From: Parcubacteria group bacterium
GTDB taxonomy: Bacteria > Patescibacteriota > Minisyncoccia > Phycocordibacterales > CALRBT01
DNA length: 55,777 bases
Assembly: GCA_943354475.1 (NCBI GenBank)
Contig: CALRBT010000005.1
Coordinates: 1 to 55,777 of the forward strand
Reading direction: 5' to 3'
Below are positions 21,168 to 29,268 of the stretch, one piece after another (position 1 is the stretch's first letter; each line of letters starts with the position of its first letter). A model generated the notes under the pieces. The model had not been told where the DNA came from. It made no database searches and saw nothing but the letters and a program-made list of their open reading frames with translations. The position numbers were made by a program, and so were the translations under genes.

Positions 21168-24100
21168 TACATCAATGTAACTTTGAACACGAAATCTCCA
21201 ACAAGAATTTCCCCACCGTCATTATCCCCATACTCAACAGCACTTGCTAATACCGTCCTTTTAATCTGTTCTTCAAATTTTTTCAACAATAATTGTCCCT
21301 CTTCTGTAGTGACAATTAACAACTTAACTTTATCATTTGGATTTAATCCTTTCTGCTTTCGCAATTCCTGAATTCCTCGAGTGAATTCACGGACATCTCC
21401 TTCCTCTTTAAGCTCTGGGGTAATTGTTACATCTAAGAAAACTGTGCGGTCTAATCCCTCACCACCAAAGGAAATATGTTTAACATTTAACTCATCTTTT
21501 ATTAACTCTAGCAATGCTTCATTTCCTTTTAGCGCTTGATTGTAGATCGTTAATTCCCCGAGTGGCTGCCTGACAACAATCTTTGCTCGCGATCTCGCCT
21601 CAAGTCCCAGTGTTACTAACTCTCTGACTTGCTTCATTTCATCAACAATATCAATCTTAAGATTTAATTTTGACTCTGGCCAACTAGCTAAGTGCACACT
21701 CTCGACCTCATCTTCAGTCTTAAGCTCAAGATAAAGATACTCAGCAAAGAATGGCATAGACGGTGCCATCAATTTTGCATACTCCTTGAGCACAAATTGT
21801 AGCGTACTCAAGGCTTTCTGTTTGTCCGCCAAATCATCGCCCTTGAGTCGATCCCTTGATCTGCGCAAATACCACACCGAAAGATCATCAACGAAAGCCA
21901 TCAGTGGTCTTGTCGCCCTATCTAGTTCATAAACCTCCATACCAGAGGTGACTTCGAGAATGAGTTGGTTGAGTCTTACTAATATCCAACGATCAAGGAC
22001 ATTATCTGATGTGTCTGAGGCGTCAACTGAAGCATCTTTGTAGAGCTTGTAAAACGAGAGAACGTTATCGAGCTTGCCAATAACCTTGTTAGCGGCTTCG
22101 GCAACCCCCTTCTCAAAGAAGTTAAGGTCTTCTGATTTCATCAATTGAGACGAGAGAAGATAATACCTCATCGCGTCAACTCCATATTTATCAAAAAGAA
22201 GTTGTGGATCAGGAAAATTATTTTTAGACTTAGACATTTTCTGACCATCTTCAGCAAGAATTGTTCCTGTAGTTACCACATTCTTAAACGACACCTTATC
22301 GAAAAGTAGTACAGAGAGGGTGTGTAGGTAATAGAACCACGTGCGTGTTTGTGCTATATACTCCGCGATAAAGTCAGCTGGGAAGTTATCATGGAACCAT
22401 TCCTTCCTCTCGAACGGATAATGATTGGCGGCAAATGGCATTGCACCCGACTCAAACCAACAATCAAAGACTTCTGGAGTTCTCGTCATGTCGCCTCCAC
22501 AGTCACAGCTAAGTGATACCTCATCGATATAAGGTCGGTGAAGATCTAGCTCATAATTTCCATTGTGTGGACGCACAGTAAATGACAGCAGTTGAATTTC
22601 ACCATTCTTGATAAAGTCACCATCTTTGCCCCACAACTCTATTGCCTTTTGAGCATCAAGTGCAGCTGCAACAGCCTGTATAAGCCAGCCAACGTATTCG
22701 TGTCCAACAATTAAAATATTTTTGTTTTTGTACTTTGTGTCTATTTCATAAAGAAATTCTCCGAGTCGCTTTTTCATTTGGAGAAGATTCTCTCCTCCTT
22801 CTGGTACTTTTGTAAATCGCTCCTCGTAATCTTTGAAGAAATTATGGTACTCGTCAACTGACTTTCCATCAAACTCACCGGTATTGATTTCACTCAAACG
22901 ACTATCGGTAACGACAGAGTCAGTCTCCAGACCTAATTCTCTTGCAACAATTTCTGCCGTCTCTTGGGTGCGCAAAAACGGAGAGACAAAAACCATATCA
23001 ATCTTTTTCTCTTTGAGAAGAGCGCTTGATTCGAGCACTTGTTCCTTCCCTTTTTCTGTAAGATGAGCGACTCCGGGAGTTTTTGAATCAACGACTTTTT
23101 TTACATTACTTTCAGCTTCGCCATGTCGCATTACAAAATATTGATTACCAGTCTTCCTAGTCAGGTCTCCGAGTTCATCAACAGAGGCGACGAATATTTG
23201 TTTGTGACAGGATGCACACCTCCAAATTGGTAATGGGGATGCCCAATAACGATTTCTTGAAATATTCCAGTCAGGTGCTCCTTGAACAATATTTTTAAAA
23301 CGCCCCTCCTTTAGATGTCCTGGTACCCAGTTTATCTTTTCATTAAGTCCTACTATGTTTTCCTTCTTCTTATTTACAGCCACAAACCATGCTGGAATTG
23401 CATAGTAATAAAGCGGTGTCTCACACCTAAAACAGTGTGGATATGAGTGAATGATCTTTTCTTTTGCAAAAAGATATCCTCGATGCGCAAGACTTTTTAT
23501 TATCTCAATATCAGTTCTCTGATGATCATCCTTGGGTTTAATCAGTAATCCTTTAAAATCAACAACTTCGTCTTTGAAACGTCCATCGTCCCCGACATGC
23601 CAAACAATGGGAATGTTTTTTTCCTTTGCAAGTTCCATATCTTCTTCCCCGTATGCTGGAGCTAGGTGCACAATTCCTGTCCCACTATCATCTGCAACAT
23701 ACGGAGCACTGTACACCTTCCAGGCATTTTCTTTATTTGGAAAGTTCTTGTCTAGAAAATAATCAAAAACTGGCTTGTACGATTTTCCTACGATCTCTTT
23801 ACCCTTGAATGTACTGACAATATTTGCGCCGTCAGGAAACACTTTATCAAGTAGTTTCTTACCAACAATGTACATTCCACCATCAGCTGAGACTTTCACA
23901 TATTCAATTTCTTCACCAACAGCGGCCGCCATATTTCCTGGAAGTGTCCACGGAGTAGTCGTCCACGCCAAGAGATAGGTTCCTGGTTCATCAACCAATT
24001 CAAATTTAACGGTTACTGAAATATCTGTAATATCCTTATAACTATTATCCATAGCAATTTCAGAATTTGCTATAGGTGTTTCGCAACGAGGGCAGTATGG

Positions 24101-24652
24101 CAATACTCTTGTTCCTTCATAGACTAGTCCTTTTTTGTTTAGCTCGCCAAGAGCATACCAAACTGACTCTATATACGAGTTATCCATTGTTTTGTATGAG
24201 CCATCAAAATCAACCCATCTACCCATTCTGTCAACGGTTTTTTTCCAATCGTGAACAAAGGTTAACACCTTACTTCGAGCGTAATCATTAAACTTTCCAA
24301 TGCCATAAGCTTCAATTTCTTTTTTCCCAGAAATTTTTAAATCTTTCTCAACAATATTTTCTATAGGTAGCCCGTGGCAATCCCATCCCCAACGACGTTC
24401 GACATATTTACCTCGCATTGTTTGATAACGTGGAACGGCATCTTTAATAGTACTGGCCAGAATGTGTCCATAGTGAGGCAACCCTGTAGCGAATGGTGGA
24501 CCATCATAAAAAACGTAAGAATTCTGAGGATCATTTTTCTTAAGCGACTTTTCAAAAATCTTGTTATCATCCCAAAATTTCAAAATCTCCTCCTCCCGCA
24601 GAGCGCCAGCGCTTTTCTCCACTTTTTCTGTTTGGTCTTTATTTTGAGCCAT
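21167..24652 (-). CDS. ileS: Isoleucine--tRNA ligase (type 2) with inserted histidine-phosphatase domain
   Basis: DGPPFATGLPHYGH, GWDCHGLP, WTTTPWTLP, DWNISRNRYW, QTRTWFY, KMSKS; insertion carries RHGE..SPFLRTQETA..GH. Confidence 0.96.
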   Translation of the reverse strand: MAQNKDQTEKVEKSAGALREEEILKFWDDNKIFEKSLKKNDPQNSYVFYDGPPFATGLPHYGHILASTIKDAVPRYQTMRGKYVERRWGWDCHGLPIENIVEKDLKISGKKEIEAYGIGKFNDYARSKVLTFVHDWKKTVDRMGRWVDFDGSYKTMDNSYIESVWYALGELNKKGLVYEGTRVLPYCPRCETPIANSEIAMDNSYKDITDISVTVKFELVDEPGTYLLAWTTTPWTLPGNMAAAVGEEIEYVKVSADGGMYIVGKKLLDKVFPDGANIVSTFKGKEIVGKSYKPVFDYFLDKNFPNKENAWKVYSAPYVADDSGTGIVHLAPAYGEEDMELAKEKNIPIVWHVGDDGRFKDEVVDFKGLLIKPKDDHQRTDIEIIKSLAHRGYLFAKEKIIHSYPHCFRCETPLYYYAIPAWFVAVNKKKENIVGLNEKINWVPGHLKEGRFKNIVQGAPDWNISRNRYWASPLPIWRCASCHKQIFVASVDELGDLTRKTGNQYFVMRHGEAESNVKKVVDSKTPGVAHLTEKGKEQVLESSALLKEKKIDMVFVSPFLRTQETAEIVARELGLETDSVVTDSRLSEINTGEFDGKSVDEYHNFFKDYEERFTKVPEGGENLLQMKKRLGEFLYEIDTKYKNKNILIVGHEYVGWLIQAVAAALDAQKAIELWGKDGDFIKNGEIQLLSFTVRPHNGNYELDLHRPYIDEVSLSCDCGGDMTRTPEVFDCWFESGAMPFAANHYPFERKEWFHDNFPADFIAEYIAQTRTWFYYLHTLSVLLFDKVSFKNVVTTGTILAEDGQKMSKSKNNFPDPQLLFDKYGVDAMRYYLLSSQLMKSEDLNFFEKGVAEAANKVIGKLDNVLSFYKLYKDASVDASDTSDNVLDRWILVRLNQLILEVTSGMEVYELDRATRPLMAFVDDLSVWYLRRSRDRLKGDDLADKQKALSTLQFVLKEYAKLMAPSMPFFAEYLYLELKTEDEVESVHLASWPESKLNLKIDIVDEMKQVRELVTLGLEARSRAKIVVRQPLGELTIYNQALKGNEALLELIKDELNVKHISFGGEGLDRTVFLDVTITPELKEEGDVREFTRGIQELRKQKGLNPNDKVKLLIVTTEEGQLLLKKFEEQIKRTVLASAVEYGDNDGGEILVGDFVFKVTLM

Positions 24653-24702
24653 AAGTAATCCTCATACTATCACTTTTGTCCTTACACGCAAAAAGATCGC
24701 CC

Positions 24703-24993
24703 TCACGGGCGATCCCCCACAAAAAAATCCGTGGTTACCGAAAGACTTCCTGTATGGCTAGCTTCCAGGAGTACTTCAAGTTCGGCCAGTATAGGGTCTC
24801 CTTCAACAAGAGGGTTCCGAATAGTCACCGGCTCTGTGTTTAGAGCACAATCTGCCCAAACCAAGACTGGAAGTCTCCTCGGGGATAAGAATCCGTCCAA
24901 ACGACCTATTGCCTCAATAAGTCCGGTGATTGAAGTAACGGGGCGATATAAGACGTCTACCCTTTTACCATTTGGCACGATGTAACCCTCCAT
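24703..24993 (-). CDS. Small orphan hypothetical protein
   Basis: 96-aa ATG ORF, co-oriented between dut and ileS; no recognised motif. Confidence 0.5.
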   Translation of the reverse strand: MEGYIVPNGKRVDVLYRPVTSITGLIEAIGRLDGFLSPRRLPVLVWADCALNTEPVTIRNPLVEGDPILAELEVLLEASHTGSLSVTTDFFVGDRP

Positions 24994-25046
24994 TCACGGT
25001 GATCAATTTTACCTGTTCCCCATATTACTTATTTTTAAAATATTTA

Positions 25047-25475
25047 CTACTTCCCCGAACTTCCAAATCCTCGCTCACCACGAACACTCTCTTCAAGTTC
25101 CAAGACTTCTACAATCTCTACTTCTTCAGATTTTTGAATAATCATTTGTGCCACCTTTTCTCCTTTTTTGAATGTATGGGTAACTTTTGAAAGATTAATA
25201 ATCCCTACCAACACCTCACCTCGATATCCGGAATCAACCACACCCCCAAGCGTCTTTAGTCCATTCTTGATTGCAAGTCCGCTCTTATCCCAAATAAGTC
25301 CCACATATCCAAAGGGAACTTCCACCGCCAAACCGGTGGCAATCCCCTTGCGCTCGCCTGGCTCTATGACCACATCTTCACGACTTAGCAAATCAAATGC
25401 GGCATCTCCTATATAAGCATAGGTCGGTAGTGGCAACTCTTTATCTAACCTTTTTATTTTTAAAACCAGATTCAT
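25047..25475 (-). CDS. dut: dUTP diphosphatase (trimeric)
   Basis: AAFDL, KSGLA, GVVDSGYRGE, AQMI, RGERGFGSSG. Confidence 0.97.
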   Translation of the reverse strand: MNLVLKIKRLDKELPLPTYAYIGDAAFDLLSREDVVIEPGERKGIATGLAVEVPFGYVGLIWDKSGLAIKNGLKTLGGVVDSGYRGEVLVGIINLSKVTHTFKKGEKVAQMIIQKSEEVEIVEVLELEESVRGERGFGSSGK

Positions 25476-26665
25476 TATTTTTTCTTACTCATTTCTTTTC
25501 GCAAAATCACGTCAATCTTCTCCGCAATCTTTTTCATATCCTTTTCTTTCTTCCCACGAGTTGTCTCAGCAGGAGTTCCAATTCTGATTCCTGAAGGATC
25601 CATCGGGCTACGGGTATCAAAGGGAATCGTGTTTTTATTGACAATAATGTCGTTTTTCTCTAACACATCCGTTGCGTCCTTACCGCCAATCCCCTTTCCA
25701 TCCATCCAAGTATCAACCAAGATCAAGTGACTGTCCGTCCCCCCTGAGACAATACGCCAGCCGAGTCCTGCCAAGCTCGCTGACAGTTCTTTGGCATTGG
25801 CAATAATCTGCTTTGCATAAATCTTAAATGCTGGAGTTGCTGCTTCTCCGAGCGCGACTGCGACCGCTGCAATCTGATTTAAATGTGGACCACCCTGCAT
25901 ACCAGGGAAAATTGCTTTATCAATCAAGATATCGATATTCCTTGAATCTTTCTTTGAGAAAATTAGGGCACTGCGTGGACCGCGCAATGTCTTGTGTACG
26001 GTAGTCATCACCACATCAGCGTATGGAAACGGCGATGGATAAACACCACCTGCAACCAAACCACCCAAGTGCGACATATCAACGAGTAGGTATGCTCCCA
26101 CTGAATCTGCAATTTCTCTAAATTTTTTAAAATCAATCTTGCGTGGATAGGCAGTAAATCCTGCGACAATGATATCTGGTTTATGCTCAAGAGCTATTTT
26201 CGAAATCTCCTCGTAATTAATTACTTCTGTTTTTTTATCGACACCGTAAGGAACCTGCTTCCAGAATTTACCCGTTATTGAAACCTTGTGTCCGTGCGTA
26301 AGATGCCCGCCGTGATCGAGACTCATTCCCATAATCTTGCCGCCAGTCGGCACGAGTGCGAGATAAACTGCGACGTTTGCAGGAGAGCCAGAGAGTGCTT
26401 GTACGTTAACCGCCCAACTGTTCGGAGAGAGCTTAAAGAGTTTCAGAGCTCTCGCCTTTGCCAAGTCCTCCACTTTGTCCGTCACGGAGTTGCCCGCATA
26501 GTAACGTTTGTGCGGATAGCCTTCAGCATATTTGTTGGTAAGCTCGGAGCCAAGAGCTTGAAGTACATCTCTCGAGACGTAATTCTCTGACGCAATGAGA
26601 TTAATCACCTTCTTTGAGCGAGCTGATTCTTCTTTGATTAATTTTTCGATTTGTTTGTCTTTCAT
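25475..26665 (-). CDS. glyA: Serine hydroxymethyltransferase
   Basis: LIASEN, NKYAEGYP, GGHLTHG, TTVHKTLRGPR; start trimmed to ATG 26665. Confidence 0.98.
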   Translation of the reverse strand: MKDKQIEKLIKEESARSKKVINLIASENYVSRDVLQALGSELTNKYAEGYPHKRYYAGNSVTDKVEDLAKARALKLFKLSPNSWAVNVQALSGSPANVAVYLALVPTGGKIMGMSLDHGGHLTHGHKVSITGKFWKQVPYGVDKKTEVINYEEISKIALEHKPDIIVAGFTAYPRKIDFKKFREIADSVGAYLLVDMSHLGGLVAGGVYPSPFPYADVVMTTVHKTLRGPRSALIFSKKDSRNIDILIDKAIFPGMQGGPHLNQIAAVAVALGEAATPAFKIYAKQIIANAKELSASLAGLGWRIVSGGTDSHLILVDTWMDGKGIGGKDATDVLEKNDIIVNKNTIPFDTRSPMDPSGIRIGTPAETTRGKKEKDMKKIAEKIDVILRKEMSKKK

Positions 26666-26710
26666 GGGAAATTTCGTTAGCCTTGATTGGCTAGATAATA
26701 CCATAAAATT

Positions 26711-26740
26711 GGAAAAGCCCGGCGAAAGCTAGGCTTTCCC
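26711..26740 (-). terminator. Probable terminator after the ClpX zinc-finger gene
   Basis: Imperfect hairpin ggaaaagcccggc-gaaa-gctaggctttcc. Confidence 0.55.
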
Positions 26741-26766
26741 GGACCTTTTATGTATTTTGACTAAAA

Positions 26767-27183
26767 CTAGGTTGTTGTTTCAGAATCCAGTCCGAGGTCT
26801 TTTTCGAGTGCGATGAGCTCGGATACGGTCTCTGCCAAACGATCATTCAGATTAGCTGCTTCGGCTTCAAGTTCTGACTTTTGTCTTAGTAGTTCCATAT
26901 GTCTGTTCAACTTAACCGTGCGTTCTTTGCGCAAATTACGACTAGCTCCTCGTAGAGCCTTAATCCAATCTGATGCGAGACCGTCAGGAGGACACTCCCG
27001 CAAAAGATCTTCCGCCGATAAAGTGTTTTCTTCTGTTTTTGGAACTTCGTCGCAAGCATCCATTGCGAACTCGACGCACTCATTACAAATAAAGACCGTC
27101 GGCCCAGCGATGAGTTTACTCACTTTTTCCCCGGACTTGTCACAGAATGAGCAATGCAGTGTATCCTTGGCGAAGTGTGCCAT
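26767..27183 (-). CDS. Stand-alone ClpX C4-type zinc-finger protein with coiled-coil tail
   Basis: [22 protein letters not shown] matches the ClpX ZBD; no AAA+ domain; GGAGGA SD upstream. Confidence 0.85.
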   Translation of the reverse strand: MAHFAKDTLHCSFCDKSGEKVSKLIAGPTVFICNECVEFAMDACDEVPKTEENTLSAEDLLRECPPDGLASDWIKALRGASRNLRKERTVKLNRHMELLRQKSELEAEAANLNDRLAETVSELIALEKDLGLDSETTT

Positions 27184-27292
27184 TTCTTAGTCCTCCATTC
27201 CCATGATTGGCATTCTAATTCACAGAATGGTGTAAAATAGCGAGTCTGTCAAGCCTACGATTCCTCTCTAAAAAACGGTATAGTTTACTCAA

Positions 27293-28195
27293 ATGAAGCA
27301 CGACCTCAAACTCAAAAATGTCCTCTCAATGAAAGAGTTGGAAAAAAGTATGCGTAATATTGTGTTTCGAGGACTCTATAACAAAGCGGGTGAGAAAATA
27401 AAGCCCTATGAAAACGCTACATTTAGTCTAGCCAAAGTCCACCCACCCAAAGCCATCGGTATACCTGCCGAGGTACGCATTGGTTCAAAGCGAGAGTTTC
27501 TCTTTACCCCACAGCCGACGGTCTATCAAAACCAAATCGAAATAATGGAGACTGTTGACGATTTTCTTAAAACAAAAGGGATGACGCTCACCAACCTTAA
27601 AGGAGCGGTTGAATATTCATGGGAGGGACGAGGAGATTTTCACATCCTTCCACCAATCATTGAAAAACATACTTACGATCTCAAGGAAGGCTTTATTAAC
27701 CTTGAGAAGCTCTCTTCTCGTTTTGGCGGAATGTACGTTCGTGATGCACGAGGAAACATGCACCATCTCTCGGACAGGGAGTTACATGGATTCTATATTG
27801 ATGAAGTAAGCAACCTCAGCTCACTTGAGGTATTTAACTCCAACGCACCACTCATCAACTACGGACTGCCTTATAGCGGAGAACATGACTTCTATATCAT
27901 TTGTGATGGAACACACCGCATTGACTACGCACTTGAGAAGTTAAACAAACCAATCACCGTCATCTTGGTTGAACCAAAAGTAAAATCAAAGCCTCTCATC
28001 CCCTACTACGCGTTCCCCGTACCCCTTCGTCCCACCATCAGACTCTCGAGTAAAAAAGCAGAGAAAATGTTTTACCGACTTGAACGGGACAAAATCCATT
28101 TACTCAACGATTACATTAAAAAGACACTTCACTATGATTGGGAAATTGTAGGGTTACAGGTTAGTAAGTTACGAAGCAATGTCGAAATTTTTTAA
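27293..28195 (+). CDS. Hypothetical protein with ParB/sulfiredoxin-like catalytic motif
   Basis: ILPPIIE...YIICDGTHRIDYA resembles the ParB/Srx DGxHR motif. Confidence 0.6.
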   Translation: MKHDLKLKNVLSMKELEKSMRNIVFRGLYNKAGEKIKPYENATFSLAKVHPPKAIGIPAEVRIGSKREFLFTPQPTVYQNQIEIMETVDDFLKTKGMTLTNLKGAVEYSWEGRGDFHILPPIIEKHTYDLKEGFINLEKLSSRFGGMYVRDARGNMHHLSDRELHGFYIDEVSNLSSLEVFNSNAPLINYGLPYSGEHDFYIICDGTHRIDYALEKLNKPITVILVEPKVKSKPLIPYYAFPVPLRPTIRLSSKKAEKMFYRLERDKIHLLNDYIKKTLHYDWEIVGLQVSKLRSNVEIF

Positions 28196-28377
28196 ATTCG
28201 TACATTTGGCGCATTTCTTTCAGCAGAAAGACCTCATTGAGCACAATGACCTACTGGGTACTTGGTCGTGTCGCTTCACTCATTTGCTCCCGCAGAGTAG
28301 ATTCACCTACACTTTGGTCGCAAGCTTCGTTCACTCCTCTTTTAGCAAAAAGACCTACCCGGTAGAACTGCATCCAA

Positions 28378-29268
28378 ATGAACAAATTTAATGAACAAAT
28401 TTTGCAGAAATTACAAAAAGGTTTGTCTCTTTCTGTAGTTAAAAAAGCAAACGCTCAAAATAACAGCGTTTCAATTGCAATCTCTACATCAGGTAAATCG
28501 TACCTCGGAGGTAAGATTGAATCAGACACCAACCTTCTCGACATTAGTTCGGAACATTCTGCTTTAGCACTGGCTCTAGCCCATCGTGATTATAAGATTG
28601 AACAAGTAATCACCTTGGTCGAAAATGATAGCGTTATCATTTCTCCTCTCATACTGAAGATACTCGTGGACTTTGGTATCCGAACCAAAAAACCTGTACG
28701 ATATATCGTACAAAATAAAAGCGGGCAAATTTTATTTAAGACAAATGATTCGCAAAAAGAAATTCCTTTTTATAAACCAGTCAAACAGATACTAACACTG
28801 TCCAACAAAAAGCTTGTTCATAATTTTAAACAAATTGATCCAAAACTTAGTAAAAAAATACTAGTCGATGAGTTAAGGAAGTTAGCTCTCGTAGGACTCG
28901 AAAGCGCCTTCACCACTAAAGATGGTTCCAGTCGCTACGGCGTCGCCGTAGCGACTGGAAGTGGCAAGGTCTATTTTGCCGGACAATACTCTTCACCTGA
29001 TAAAAGACTTGGACTCCATGGTGAGGTTTCTGCCACACTCACCGCCCTAATGAAGGGTGAGCGAGCAATTACCCATATTGCAATTGTTTCTGACAAGTTT
29101 CCAGACACACCAGCATTGATATGTGGTTGTTGCAGACAATGGCTCAGTGAATTAGCTCTGAAATTCAAATGGAATCTCCATATAATTTGTTTTGCAAAAA
29201 TGAACTCTAGTTATACTATGGATACTATAGAATCATTGCTCCCAAGGGCATGGTCAAGTAAAACATAG
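28378..29268 (+). CDS. Tandem cytidine-deaminase-fold protein (N-terminal domain degenerate, C-terminal domain with Zn ligands)
   Basis: C-terminal GVAVATGSGKVYFAG..LHGE..ICGCCRQWLSE; N-terminal repeat has SSEHSA..ISPLILK in place of the Zn ligands. Confidence 0.85.
   Translation: MNKFNEQILQKLQKGLSLSVVKKANAQNNSVSIAISTSGKSYLGGKIESDTNLLDISSEHSALALALAHRDYKIEQVITLVENDSVIISPLILKILVDFGIRTKKPVRYIVQNKSGQILFKTNDSQKEIPFYKPVKQILTLSNKKLVHNFKQIDPKLSKKILVDELRKLALVGLESAFTTKDGSSRYGVAVATGSGKVYFAGQYSSPDKRLGLHGEVSATLTALMKGERAITHIAIVSDKFPDTPALICGCCRQWLSELALKFKWNLHIICFAKMNSSYTMDTIESLLPRAWSSKT

Noticed and set aside
28179-28391. 70-aa ORF bridging the first two operon genes
   Set aside because: It overlaps both neighbours and has no recognisable motif; it could be real but cannot be supported from sequence alone
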